A DNA stretch of 64,000 bases from Candidatus Aenigmatarchaeota archaeon (GCA_016177025.1 JACOWB010000008.1:14076-78075), one strand, 5' to 3'. Shown: positions 48,301-57,766, counted from the stretch's first letter. Program-made: numbers and translations. Notes: generated by a model from the sequence alone, not told the origin.

Positions 48301-48570
48301 CGGATTTCCATTTGCATCATATTGTGGAACTCCTCGCTTTCTGAAATATTTCTGCGCGAGAATATCCAGTGCAGTCTGCGACCAGAATTTCGGAATTTCA
48401 ACATTGTCCATCTGGAATACAACGGTACCATCAGGGTTTTTTATTAGTGACGTCCTCTTTTCCCATTCAACTGTATCAAAAACATTTTGATCTTCCTTTG
48501 TAAACATCCTTGGTATTTTCAAGCCTTTCTGCTCACCAACAAGCTGAACTCTTTGATCAAGGCCGTCCAT
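45388..48570 (-). CDS. nrdJ: class II (B12-dependent) ribonucleotide reductase
   Basis: NPCSEFAYLDNSACNLASLN thiyl-radical motif; 1060 aa; C-terminal Cys zinc-ribbon tail. Confidence 0.9.
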   Translation of the reverse strand: MDGLDQRVQLVGEQKGLKIPRMFTKEDQNVFDTVEWEKRTSLIKNPDGTVVFQMDNVEIPKFWSQTALDILAQKYFRKRGVPQYDANGNPVLDANGQQILGSETSLKQVIHRLAGCWTWWGKKYNYFATEGDAQAFYDEISYTLLQQFAAPNSPQWFNTGLQWAYGITGSAQGHWYVDPDTKELTQSKDAYSHSQCHACFIQPVRDDLVNEGGILDLAVREARIFKYGSGTGTNFSNLRAKGEHLSGGGTSSGVMSFLKIYDTVAGSIKSGGTTRRAAKMVLLNIDHPEIESFIRWKANEEKKFATLVGAGLVDGYNIESAGEHVFGQNSNNSVRVTDEFMKAVIDDKDWNLTWRTDGRIAKTIKARHLWDAIAQAAWECADPGLQFDTTYNDWHTSPASGRINATNPCSEFAYLDNSACNLASLNVGKFLENGGTFNAETFKHAVRLWTIVLEISILMAQFPSKEIADVTYKTRSLGLGYTNLGSILMLMGIPYDSDKARTIAAAISAIMGGESYATSAELASVLGPFEEFEKNKEYMLRVIKNHRRAVYNAPKEEYEKLSIVPPGIDHTQCPEYLLKTAIESWDRALMLGEQYGYRNAQATLIAPTGTISFVMDADTTGVEPDFALVKFKKLVGGGYFKIVNQSVPHALKNLGYTEDQIKDVLRYMVGSNRFEGVPYINTFTLKRKGITDDDIAKMEKLLPGSLELSFVFNINTLGKDCMERLGIRESQYTEPGFNLLKALGFRDDEIEAANEFICGTQTIEGAPHLKTEHYPIFDCANRCGKKGERYIDYMAHVYMMAAVQPFLSGSISKTINMPNHATVEEIKKVYFESWKLGLKSLALYRDGSKVIQPLNVFKEKKEEMRLERRRLPDERQAIAHKFRVGNQEGYLHVGLFDENTPGEIFITVAKQGSTLRGLLDSFAQAVSIGLQYGVPLKVWVSKHINNRFEPMGWTDNPDIPVAKSIMDYIFRWLAIKFLPKEDLKELGLLNGEKIVIEKEAEDVESQSREIAKLSQFTREKEGFKYDLAGDAPTCHECGGMMVRSGSCYVCTSCGATSGCS

Positions 48571-48576
48571 AAAAAT

Positions 48577-49026
48577 CTATCCTCGTTTAAGTTCTTTAAG
48601 TTCTTTTTCAAAGGATTCTATGTCTTTAAACTTTTTATAGACAGAAGCAAATCTGATGTAAGCAACCTCGTCCAATGTTTTTAATCTCTCACTCACCATG
48701 TCACCAATAATTTTTGATTTTATTTCGGTTGAATCCATGTTCCTTAGTTCGTTCTCGATTTCGTCCACAACTTTTTCTATCTTTTCCTGGTTTATCGGTC
48801 TCTTTTCGCAGGCTTTCATTATCCCTATTCTTATCTTGTTTCTGTCGAAATCTTCCCTGCGACCGTCGCGCTTGATTATTGTCAACGGCACAATCTCTAT
48901 CCGCTCATATGTCGTGAATCTCTTGTGGCATTTATCGCATTCCCTGCGTCTTCTGAACGTTTTGTCGTCGCTGGGACGCTTGTCTATAACTTTTGTATCC
49001 TCGCTGCTGCAGTATGGACAGTTCAT
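48577..49026 (-). CDS. nrdR: transcriptional repressor NrdR (zinc ribbon plus ATP-cone)
   Basis: MNCPYCSS...[12 protein letters not shown] zinc ribbon then ATP-cone [16 protein letters not shown]; start at internal Met (track ORF extends to 49065). Confidence 0.85.
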   Translation of the reverse strand: MNCPYCSSEDTKVIDKRPSDDKTFRRRRECDKCHKRFTTYERIEIVPLTIIKRDGRREDFDRNKIRIGIMKACEKRPINQEKIEKVVDEIENELRNMDSTEIKSKIIGDMVSERLKTLDEVAYIRFASVYKKFKDIESFEKELKELKRG

Positions 49027-49171
49027 ATGTATAATTGTGTTCCTGGAATTATTTAAACACAACATCTTGTGTTTTTAGGCTCTTAGAAGACTTTATGTTC
49101 GACTTAAATACCATTTTCTGTAGAGTAACAATTGTGATTAAGAATCTAAGTTAGAAATTACTTGAATGTAG

Positions 49172-49774
49172 TTAACTTGCTTCAGGCGTTCCTTCGAAAT
49201 CCTTTATTTCGTATTTAAAGTCTTTATCCGATTCTATCTGTCCTCTTTCTTTTAGAATTTCTCGCGCTAACAGCCAGAAAATTGTTGCGAGTGACTTTTT
49301 GCCTTTATTGTTCGCGGGTACAATCAAATCGATGTCCTTCACTTCGTTAAACGTGTCGCACAGAGCCACTATCGGAACGCGTGCCTTGACGGCCTCCTGC
49401 AAAGCCTGTATATCACTTAGCGGATCCACAATCACTATTGCCTGAGCTTCAAAAAAATTTTTGTAAGAAGGGTTTGTGAGTGTGCCTGGCATGAATCTGC
49501 CTGCTACAACATGCGCGTTCACAACCTCTGCAAACTTTTTAATTGCGTCGAATGCAATGGTCTTCCTGGTTACAACCAGTATATTCTCACGTTTGGTCAG
49601 AAATTTTGATGCGGTTTTTATTCTTTCGTCAATCTTACTCAAGTTCAATACAGCAAGCCCGTCTTCCCTAATTTTGTAAATAAAATCCTTCATCTGGTCT
49701 GTCTTTTGCTTCATGCCGATATGTACACCAGATGCTAGGTATTCTTCTTTTGGCATCAAAAGCTTCGTGGGCAT
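49172..49774 (-). CDS. rps2: 30S ribosomal protein S2 (uS2)
   Basis: LASGVHIGMKQKT..M; typical archaeal uS2 length, 200 aa. Confidence 0.85.
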   Translation of the reverse strand: MPTKLLMPKEEYLASGVHIGMKQKTDQMKDFIYKIREDGLAVLNLSKIDERIKTASKFLTKRENILVVTRKTIAFDAIKKFAEVVNAHVVAGRFMPGTLTNPSYKNFFEAQAIVIVDPLSDIQALQEAVKARVPIVALCDTFNEVKDIDLIVPANNKGKKSLATIFWLLAREILKERGQIESDKDFKYEIKDFEGTPEAS

Positions 49775-49808
49775 GAATATCTTATTGTTGGGGAATGTTT
49801 TTAAAGAT

Positions 49809-50752
49809 TCACTGAATTGCCAGAATAGCCGTATTGCACATGCTGGATGTGCACAACCTTAGGGTGTGTGTTCCTCTTGATAATTGGTTGTATATCTTCA
49901 TTGTTGCTATTTCGCCGGGATTTATTTGCGAGCCTATGTCGTATTCAGCTTTTATTTCTTGTGCTGACAAGGCACGATTATAAATTTTAACTTCATCTAT
50001 CATACCGCTGAAGAATGGTGCTTGCCGATTGCCGCCTATATTAAGTGGGCGTGCTTCATTGGCTATATCACCGGAGGAAAACCAACTTGCTGAGGCCTTT
50101 TGTACGCCACCGACGTAAACCTTGAAGTAGTTGCCTAACTTGGAACCTGTGCAAACGACATGATACCATTGGCCTGTGTTATACTGTGTAGGATCTGTGA
50201 CATATACATAGATTCCTGGAGAGGAGCTTGCAAACTCTCCCATGTATCACTATTTGTTTTTATCCATGTCTCAATGGTGATTTCCTGTGTTATGCCCAAA
50301 GAAGCAGAATGCGGTACTTGTATGTATCCTCCGTTTGATGTGAATCCTGCACCATTTCCGAAATAGCCTGAAGCTGGACTGCCATAGTCAGCTCCGCCTG
50401 TACATGATTTTCCGTTATTATTTTTATCGGAAGAATCTTTTATCGAGTTTGTTGTGCAATCGTTTGTCCAAGAGCTTTCGTCCATCTTCCAATAACCTAC
50501 AAGCGAGGAATCCTGCTTGGATACACGATAAACAGCGTCGTTACCATCTATTTTAACAGACGAAAAGGCATCTATCGGTTCCGTCCCATCATTTCTTATA
50601 ATTACAGTATCGTTTACAGAGTCTACTAATGAAAATGTTGTTGATGTCTTGCCGGTGAATAACCCAGAGACATATAAGTAAGCCGTCCCTGCCAAAGCAA
50701 TCGTGATCGTCAGCATCAGAATAGACGCTATAATAGTAGAAATCGCCTTCAT
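49809..50752 (-). CDS. archaeal pilin-like protein with LamG/concanavalin-A-like lectin domain; two overlapping frames (apparent frameshift near 50225)
   Basis: N-terminus MKAISTIIASILMLTITIALAG; ...ITIETWIKTNSDTW then +1 frame continues ...QWYHVVCTGSKLGNYFKVYVGG...IDEVKIYNRALSAQEI (LamG). C-terminus shares GTHTLRLCTSSMCNTA with 27617-28621. Confidence 0.5.
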
Positions 50753-50761
50753 ATAATACGT

Positions 50762-51565
50762 TTACCCTATGTAGCTTAACTCTTCTTTCCCTTCCTTCCC
50801 TGTTGGCGGCACTTGCTGCTGCATCATCTGACCTATAGCTTTCCTCTGCATTTCTTCTATCTTCTTGATAAATTCCTCCATTTCCTTTACCTTTTCGTCG
50901 AGTTTGCCCATGTTTAGTTTGATGTTCAGCATTTTCATCAAAACTTTCAATACAGCTTCGGCGGCGCGTGGATCTGGCAGAATAGGATAGCCGGATGTCT
51001 CACCAAGCAGACATATCCCTTTCATTCCATAAACTTTACCCAAACCGAGTAGCAGACCGGATGCACCAATTATCGTTCCCACTTTATTTCCGGCATCAAA
51101 AGTAATGCCATAATTCTTGTATTTCTTGTCCAGTCCCTCATCGCTCACAGCACCTATGACCTTAGGCTTTTCCTTGACTTCGCCTATCCCAAGACCGCCG
51201 AGTGTTATCATTTCCTTTACACCAAATTTCTTGATGTAATCAAGAATTTCATGAGAAATCTCGTAATGCCCTTCAGGATCGATGCTCTGCGAATCGCCGA
51301 CAAGTATAATCAAATCTCTCTGCCCTCTGCCCTTGCCTTTCGCATAATAAAACTCGTTCTTGAGCACATGAACAGAGGACGACTGCTGCAAAAGAACATA
51401 ATGCATGAAATGGGATGATAACAATTCTGCAAATTTTTTCGCTTTCAACTCGTCGACAATAAACTGGGCCGTTATTCTGCCGACATGGCCTATTCCCGGC
51501 AGACCTTCGATAAAGAGAGGATCTTTCAATTTGGGTTTTTCAGATTCGAATATTCTTGTTGCCAT
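50762..51565 (-). CDS. PAC2-family proteasome assembly chaperone
   Basis: KLKDPLFIEGLPGIGHVG N-terminal PAC2 signature. Confidence 0.7.
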   Translation of the reverse strand: MATRIFESEKPKLKDPLFIEGLPGIGHVGRITAQFIVDELKAKKFAELLSSHFMHYVLLQQSSSVHVLKNEFYYAKGKGRGQRDLIILVGDSQSIDPEGHYEISHEILDYIKKFGVKEMITLGGLGIGEVKEKPKVIGAVSDEGLDKKYKNYGITFDAGNKVGTIIGASGLLLGLGKVYGMKGICLLGETSGYPILPDPRAAEAVLKVLMKMLNIKLNMGKLDEKVKEMEEFIKKIEEMQRKAIGQMMQQQVPPTGKEGKEELSYIG

Positions 51566-51587
51566 ATCACTTATTTGTCTTCATATC

Positions 51588-51740
51588 TTATTTAAATTGT
51601 TTACCCAGGCGTCTGTATTTGCCGTATACATCTTCAGGTGAATACTTCGGAGGGTTCGGATTTTTTGCATTATTTCCGCATTTGGGGCAGAGCTGCTTGA
51701 AAGTGTACACGTTGCAATTGGTACATTTGTTGAGCTTCAT
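51588..51740 (-). CDS. nop10: H/ACA RNP protein Nop10 (50 aa); not in ORF track
   Basis: MKLNKCTNCNVYTFKQLCPKCG...PPKYSPEDVYGKYRR matches the Nop10 zinc ribbon and C-terminal helix. Confidence 0.75.
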   Translation of the reverse strand: MKLNKCTNCNVYTFKQLCPKCGNNAKNPNPPKYSPEDVYGKYRRLGKQFK

Positions 51741-52528
51741 TACATCATACTATAAGTTGCATTTACATTGGATCTGTCAGCCTCTGATATGATCTTTTGG
51801 ATGTCCTGTTCGAACTTCCTTGTATCAGATTTAGGATTTTTTGTTTTGAGGCCAAGTCTGTATTTCGGGGCCGATATGTAAGAGACTGATACGCCACTTT
51901 TCTCAAGACTTTGCAACAGTTTCTTGATTCTTTCCACACCATCACCTTCATAACTCACCATCTGAAGCTCGGCTTTTATCTCGAACTCTTTTTCCACGAA
52001 AGCTTTTTCGAGAATTTTCTTTATAGCATCATGCCATTTCTGTGGTATCCCAAGTTCTGACAATACGGATGGTGATTTGTTAATCTCCTCGAAACCTGAA
52101 TAAATGTCGCCGAATTCTTCCTGCAATTTGAATCCTATCTGCTCTCGAGCATCATCAATTGATATGCCCAACTCCTTTGACATAACTTTTAGGATACCGA
52201 AGCCACGTTGTTCTTTCTTGAATTCATTCCATTTATTTCTCTCCTCGCTTCTCGATACTCGCTTCAAGCTTAGGTTGAGCACGTTTGCTTGCGGATCCAC
52301 TTTAACAACTTTTGCAACATACTGCTTGTTCGGCTTGATGAACTTCTTGATGTCGTGCACCCACTTGCCAGCAGCCTCGGAAATGTGAATCATGCCTTCG
52401 AGGTTCTGGTATTCGTCAAGAGAGCACCATGCAGCAAACTGGCTGATTCTTCTGGCTGTGCAAAAAACCAATTCCCCGAATTTTGGATATCCCTGTTTTG
52501 TCGTCATTGTCTCATCTTTACTATTCAA
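51740..52528 (-). CDS. translation initiation factor 2 alpha subunit (aIF2-alpha)
   Basis: S1 domain (PKFGELVFCTARRISQFAAWCSLDEYQNLEGMIHISE) plus helical and alpha/beta domains; 262 aa. Confidence 0.85.
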   Translation of the reverse strand: MNSKDETMTTKQGYPKFGELVFCTARRISQFAAWCSLDEYQNLEGMIHISEAAGKWVHDIKKFIKPNKQYVAKVVKVDPQANVLNLSLKRVSRSEERNKWNEFKKEQRGFGILKVMSKELGISIDDAREQIGFKLQEEFGDIYSGFEEINKSPSVLSELGIPQKWHDAIKKILEKAFVEKEFEIKAELQMVSYEGDGVERIKKLLQSLEKSGVSVSYISAPKYRLGLKTKNPKSDTRKFEQDIQKIISEADRSNVNATYSMM

Positions 52529-52560
52529 CAGATATTATTTTAAACGTTTAATCTATTTGT

Positions 52561-53313
52561 ATGGTACTGCTTGCTATCTTAGGAATAGTCTTTGCGATAA
52601 GCATAGCTGCTTTAATCGGCGGGATTCTCCTTCTTTACAAAAAGTCTTGGGCGATGTTCCTTTCAAAATACTTAATAAGCTTCGCCATAGGATCTCTGCT
52701 TGGTGTAGCGTTTTTAGATCTCTTGCCGGAAGCTGTCGAACTACAGTCTGCGGGAAATGTTCTTGTCTATTCTCTTCTCGGCATAATCGTATTCTATCTA
52801 GGTGAAAGAACTCTTCTCTGGTACCACCACCACTCGCTTGAACACATTACCGAACATGGAAAATCGCACCCTGAAGAAGAAAAGGCGCATCCTGTCGGAT
52901 ATCTCATTACAATTGGCGATGCCTTTCATAATTTCTTGGATGGTGTGATTATCGCCGCTAGCTTTTTGGTAGACATGAAATTAGGACTTTTAACCTCGAT
53001 GGCTGTTTTGTTCCACGAACTACCGCAAGAGATAGGGGATTTTGCAATAATGCTCCATGCAAAATTGAGCAGATTTAGGGTGTTCGCTTATAACCTTTTG
53101 GCGCAACTTACAGCTGTATTGGGGGCTCTGCTTGGTTTCTATTATTTGCCTGTATTTGGAAATTTCGAAGCTGGAATGCTGGCATTTGCTGCAGGCGGGT
53201 TCATCTACATAGCTGCTACAGATCTTTTGCCTGAAACCCATAGAGAAAGAAGACTTGGAAAGTCATTATTGCAATTTGCGATCTGGTATATGGGGCAGAT
53301 ATTTCCTGAGTGA
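52561..53313 (+). CDS. ZIP-family zinc/iron permease (ZupT-like)
   Basis: HNFLDGV and HELPQEIGDF motifs; 8 TM. Confidence 0.8.
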   Translation: MVLLAILGIVFAISIAALIGGILLLYKKSWAMFLSKYLISFAIGSLLGVAFLDLLPEAVELQSAGNVLVYSLLGIIVFYLGERTLLWYHHHSLEHITEHGKSHPEEEKAHPVGYLITIGDAFHNFLDGVIIAASFLVDMKLGLLTSMAVLFHELPQEIGDFAIMLHAKLSRFRVFAYNLLAQLTAVLGALLGFYYLPVFGNFEAGMLAFAAGGFIYIAATDLLPETHRERRLGKSLLQFAIWYMGQIFPE

Positions 53314-54917
53314 ACTTTATAAGCATGAGCTGTAAATCAGTATCTGATGACATGTCTATAGTGCCGAACAAAGAGAACAAGAATATTGAATTCAAGGAGA
53401 AGCTGAGTAGTGCAACTCATCTGAAACAGGATAAAAAACAGCACCTTGCTTCCCAAATGAAATACCTGTTGGAAATTGGCAGGGGTACTGCTGTATACGT
53501 GATTGGCGTTGACGACGACGGCAAGACAAAGGGGTTAACCGAATTGGAATTTGAAGAGACGTTGAATGTTCTGAAAGTTGTGGCATCAGAAAATAATGCT
53601 AATGTTGCCAAAATTGAGAAATTCGCTGATAATGGAAATCTCCTTGGAAAGATTGTGATTAACAAAGCTTATACAAACGGGTTCAAATCGCACATAGTCA
53701 TTGCAAGCAGCGGCCATGTAAACCACGGCAAATCTACATTAATAGGAACTTTGATGACTGGAAAGCAGGACACCGAGTTGAAGAATTGGTTGTTTCTTGA
53801 CACTTTACCGCATGAAATTGAAAGAAACCTGTCTGCTGATTTGCATTACGCACTGTTGGGATTCAAGGACAACAAACCTCTGCATTTGAAAAATCCTTTG
53901 GACAAAAAAGAAAGAAGCAGAGTTGTCGAGCAATCCGACAAGATGATCAGTTTTGTCGATGCGCCTGGACATGAAGGATTCCTCAGGACAGCAATTCGTG
54001 GAGTAGTCGGACAAGATATTGATTACGGGATGTTAGTAGTAGCCGCTGACGATGGTGTGATGAATATGACCAAGGAACACCTTGGGCTGTTGCTAGCGGT
54101 AAATCTGCCTGTAATAGTTTGCATTACAAAAGTTGACAAAATCGGTAAAAGAAAAATTGAAGAAACAGAATTACAAATGGAGGAATTATTAAAACATGTC
54201 GGTAGGGTTCCTTACTTGGTAAAGGACGAGAATGACTTGAACGTTGTTATTGACAAGCTTGACACAATCGTTCCGATAATAAGAACTTCCGCAGTAACCT
54301 TGGAAGGGTATGATATTTTGAATAAGACTTTGTTAGCATTGCCAGAAAGGAGAAGAAATCTTGACAAACCTTTCCTGATGTTCATCGACAAGATATACAA
54401 TGTATCTGGTGTTGGGACTGTAATCTCTGGGACCATCAAGCAGGGAAGGCTGCAGGCTGGAAGTGAATTGTTGTTAGGACCAGATGCGACAGGAAAGATG
54501 AAGAAAGTCAAAGCTCCTAGTATTGAAATGCATTACCATAGGCTGGCAGAGGCTGACACAGGATTTGTAGTTGGAGTTGCATTGAGAGGAGTGAATTATG
54601 ATGACGTTAAGAGAGGAATGATACTTTGCTCGCCGGAATTAAGCCCGAGCCCTGCGAAGAATTTCGAGGCCGAAGTTCTGATTCTTACGCATCCGACAAG
54701 GATAACAAATGGATACGAGCCGGTAATTCACTTGTTTACAGTAGGTGAATCTGCTAAGGTCGAATTAATTGACAAGGAATATTTGAAATCTGGGGAAAAT
54801 GGGAAAATTAGATTTGCTTTCAAGTATTCGCCACATTATCTGGAAGAAGGGGACAGATTCATTTTCAGGGAAGGCAAGACTAAAGGAATCGGGACTATAA
54901 CCAAGATTTTAAATTAA
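53310..54917 (+). CDS. EF-Tu/EF-1A-family translational GTPase paralog with N-terminal extension (GTPBP1-like)
   Basis: G1 GHVNHGKST, G3 DAPGHEGF, G4 TKVD; beta-barrel domains II/III; ~130-aa N-terminal extension. Confidence 0.6.
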   Translation: MNFISMSCKSVSDDMSIVPNKENKNIEFKEKLSSATHLKQDKKQHLASQMKYLLEIGRGTAVYVIGVDDDGKTKGLTELEFEETLNVLKVVASENNANVAKIEKFADNGNLLGKIVINKAYTNGFKSHIVIASSGHVNHGKSTLIGTLMTGKQDTELKNWLFLDTLPHEIERNLSADLHYALLGFKDNKPLHLKNPLDKKERSRVVEQSDKMISFVDAPGHEGFLRTAIRGVVGQDIDYGMLVVAADDGVMNMTKEHLGLLLAVNLPVIVCITKVDKIGKRKIEETELQMEELLKHVGRVPYLVKDENDLNVVIDKLDTIVPIIRTSAVTLEGYDILNKTLLALPERRRNLDKPFLMFIDKIYNVSGVGTVISGTIKQGRLQAGSELLLGPDATGKMKKVKAPSIEMHYHRLAEADTGFVVGVALRGVNYDDVKRGMILCSPELSPSPAKNFEAEVLILTHPTRITNGYEPVIHLFTVGESAKVELIDKEYLKSGENGKIRFAFKYSPHYLEEGDRFIFREGKTKGIGTITKILN

Positions 54918-55330
54918 ATGCAAAAAACGACTCCCGATGCAGATGATCCCCCAGCGGAGACTATAATGTTATTGTTACCGTCAGATCCTGTTACTGTATT
55001 GTCACATGTTGCTCTGCCGCCGGCAGCTAAGGTTCCTGTAGCCGAACATGAAACAGACGGGATAACGCCTCCTGTGGAGTTCGCCCCTGTTATTATGACT
55101 GATGACAATGGCAACGATGATGTCCCTGAATTTCTAACTCCAATTGTTATCACATCGGTAGTTGCATCACATTGGGTGATACTTGCGTCTACCTCCAGTA
55201 TAACTGCTATCCTTTGTGTAGTTGTTCCTGAAATAAAAGTGTATGCCAGTCCTCCCAGTGCCAGAACAATGACGAGAATCATCAAAGTGGCTATTATGGT
55301 AGATACACCTTTCATAAAATAATATTGCAT
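54914..55330 (-). CDS. archaeal type IV pilin-like protein (class III signal peptide)
   Basis: MKGVSTIIATLMILVIVLALGG N-terminus; Ser/Thr/Gly-rich body with 4 Cys. Confidence 0.55.
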   Translation of the reverse strand: MQYYFMKGVSTIIATLMILVIVLALGGLAYTFISGTTTQRIAVILEVDASITQCDATTDVITIGVRNSGTSSLPLSSVIITGANSTGGVIPSVSCSATGTLAAGGRATCDNTVTGSDGNNNIIVSAGGSSASGVVFCI

Positions 55331-55381
55331 AATATTGTATATAAGCTCTTCTGCTTTATGGGTTAGGCTTAAAAAGATTTA

Positions 55382-56692
55382 CTAACCCACAACCGCAGTC
55401 CCACCCGCATGGTGGCTGACTCTTGGACGTATATTGACCGTGAATATCTTTTCCAAGTTATCATCGAGAATTACGGCTGACCCTGGCGTGCGTGGCAATC
55501 TGTTTAGATACTTCTCCAATTCCTCTTGGACATAAGTCTGCATCACTGCGTGAAGAGATTCCAAGTCATCCCGGCTTGTCAATCTAAAAGATATCACAGT
55601 GTCTGTTTGGGATATCACATCCTGGTGGACTTTAGCAGGCATCTGGGTTATGCAAATCAGTCCTACCCCAGGTTCTCTTCCCTCCTTCGCTATTCGTTTG
55701 ATATCTGCGCTTGAACTGACATCCTTGTCATTTGGGATGAAATTGTGGCTCTCCTCAAAAACCAACCACGTCATTGGAAATTTTATATTCTGCCTCTCGC
55801 CCGTGATTTTCGCTACTTCCTCTTCTTTCCTCGACAGAATTCTTTGGTGTAGAATTTCCCTTGTGATTAATCCTGCAACTAATGTCCTTACTTCTTGAGA
55901 CTTCAGTCGCGAAAAATCAAAAACTATCACCTCACCAGGCTTAATTAATTCGCTAACTCTAGTCCCCTCTCTTTTAATTATGCCCCATTGAGACAGCACA
56001 TCCAACAAACTTGTTAGCGCATCTTTAGTTTCCTTTTTTGCTTTTGCATCGCTTGTGATTGAATCGATTAAATCGTCTAAACCGAATGTTTTATCAGCTT
56101 CCAACAGAGAATTGAAATTCTTTTCCAGAGTAACAGCGAATTCACTTGTTCTTTCCAAATTAAATGCGAGGATTAAATCTTCAGCTGTCAAGTCGCTCAA
56201 GGATATACTAATTGTACCGTCAACTGGTATCTCAGCTTTCTCATATTCTTCTAGCTGTTTTTCAGGAACGTAAATCTTTATTTTATCGAATCCTTTCGGT
56301 TCAAGTTCCCAGTTGTTTAATAATTGAATTTGAGTCTCGTTTGGAAATTTCATGCTCCAATAAATACCCACAGGGTCGAAAACGACAAATGCCATCTTCT
56401 GACGGAATCCTTCTGGCAGTGAGAGAAATTCTTCTAAAATCACTGATGCGGAATAAGACTTGCCCGACCCACGTTTACCGGCAACTAGAATTACATGCGG
56501 TTTTAACAAATCGATATATACTTTTGTTGTCAGATGCGCATCTTCACCAGTACCAACTATATGCTTGCCGATATATCCTGTAGCTTTATTGCCGAATTTT
56601 TCATAGTCTTCCTTTGTTCTGCCTACAATGGTTTCAGTGACTATTGAGAATGGTTTCTCTTCTGAAGGCATATATAAAGAATTTAACTTCAA
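55382..56692 (-). CDS. DUF87/HerA-FtsK-like P-loop ATPase
   Basis: Walker A ILVAGKRGSGKS; Walker B VFDF...E; Arg finger region; 436 aa. Confidence 0.6.
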   Translation of the reverse strand: MKLNSLYMPSEEKPFSIVTETIVGRTKEDYEKFGNKATGYIGKHIVGTGEDAHLTTKVYIDLLKPHVILVAGKRGSGKSYSASVILEEFLSLPEGFRQKMAFVVFDPVGIYWSMKFPNETQIQLLNNWELEPKGFDKIKIYVPEKQLEEYEKAEIPVDGTISISLSDLTAEDLILAFNLERTSEFAVTLEKNFNSLLEADKTFGLDDLIDSITSDAKAKKETKDALTSLLDVLSQWGIIKREGTRVSELIKPGEVIVFDFSRLKSQEVRTLVAGLITREILHQRILSRKEEEVAKITGERQNIKFPMTWLVFEESHNFIPNDKDVSSSADIKRIAKEGREPGVGLICITQMPAKVHQDVISQTDTVISFRLTSRDDLESLHAVMQTYVQEELEKYLNRLPRTPGSAVILDDNLEKIFTVNIRPRVSHHAGGTAVVG

Positions 56693-56711
56693 ATCAAATA
56701 TTGTTCTTGTT

Positions 56712-56797
56712 GGGGACTTGGTATAACTTGGTTAGAATTCGACCTTGGGGTTAAGGACAGATTGGTCGCGATCCGAGTTCAAATCTCGGGGTCCCCA
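56712..56797 (+). tRNA. tRNA-Pro (anticodon GGG) with ~12-nt intron at canonical 37/38 position
   Basis: Acceptor GGGGACT/GGTCCCC, T-arm CCGAG-TTCAAAT-CTCGG, anticodon stem CGACC/GGTCG with loop TTGGGG+T; D-arm irregular. Confidence 0.55.
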
Positions 56798-56832
56798 TTA
56801 ATTTTAAAAGCCAAACTGTGTATCATTCTTAG

Positions 56833-56920
56833 GGGGTTGTGGTCTAACTTGGTATGACACCAGCCTTGGGAAGTTACTCAAGAACGCTGGAGGTTCAGGG
56901 TTCAAATCCCTGCGACCCCA
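56833..56920 (+). tRNA. tRNA-Pro (anticodon UGG) with ~14-nt intron after position 37
   Basis: Acceptor GGGGTTG/CGACCCC, T-arm CAGGG-TTCAAAT-CCCTG, anticodon stem CCAGC/GCTGG, loop CTTGGG+intron. Confidence 0.6.
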
Positions 56921-56930
56921 TTTAATAATT

Positions 56931-57413
56931 ATGGATAAGATTACATCAAGTGGGTACAAAGCCGTCAACAACGAAGCGAATTTCGGCAAGCCGATTGAAA
57001 ATGAGATTGTAGGAGGCACTCATCTAGCTCCGGAAATAATAACATGGGACGGTGAAAAGTTTTATGCCGTTCATTGGTTCGATGGACTACCCAGACATGA
57101 CAAACTAAATGCTATAAGATTTCCACATGGTTTGATAATCTGGGGAGAGACTATATTTGATTGTGCGAAAAGGCTTGTGGAAGAACAGCTTCGTATGAAC
57201 GTAAAATCTGCTAAAGTACTGACAATAGAATCGTATGTCGATAAGGAAAATCATTGGCATATCGAACCGGAAATCCTGGCAAAAGTTTCGGGAAACCCCC
57301 GGAAACCTGTAAAGAATTCTGAGATTATCATATTTGAACTAGAGAACACTCCTGAAATGGCATATTGGAAAAGCAAGAAATTCAAAAAATTTATCAGTAA
57401 CCATTTACTGTAA
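56931..57413 (+). CDS. hypothetical protein
   Basis: ORF only, 160 aa. Confidence 0.35.
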   Translation: MDKITSSGYKAVNNEANFGKPIENEIVGGTHLAPEIITWDGEKFYAVHWFDGLPRHDKLNAIRFPHGLIIWGETIFDCAKRLVEEQLRMNVKSAKVLTIESYVDKENHWHIEPEILAKVSGNPRKPVKNSEIIIFELENTPEMAYWKSKKFKKFISNHLL

Positions 57414-57449
57414 TGATATCCTTTAATTTTCTAAAGCATAACTAAACTT

Positions 57450-57764
57450 ATGAGAAGATCGCAAAAGCCGGAATGGCAGACAAAAATTGCAGAAGAAAGG
57501 ATAGAAATTCTATTCTCGCTTGCAGAGAAAGAATTTAGAAAACATCCTGAAAGAAGCAGGCGATATGTAGAATTAGCACGAAAGATAGGTTTACGTTATA
57601 ATGTCAGATTATCAAAAGATGAAAAGAAAAAATTCTGCAAAAAATGCAACACGCTATTAAAACCTGGAATAACCAGCCAAGTAAGACTGGACAAGTCAAC
57701 AAAAACAATCAGAATATTGTGCCTGAACTGTAAGAAGGTTTATAGATATCCGTATAAAATATAG
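57450..57764 (+). CDS. RNase P protein component Rpp21 (Rpr2)
   Basis: ERIEILFSLAEKEF...RRYVELARKIG helices plus zinc ribbon CKKCNTLL...CLNCKK. Confidence 0.75.
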   Translation: MRRSQKPEWQTKIAEERIEILFSLAEKEFRKHPERSRRYVELARKIGLRYNVRLSKDEKKKFCKKCNTLLKPGITSQVRLDKSTKTIRILCLNCKKVYRYPYKI

Positions 57765-57766
57765 AT

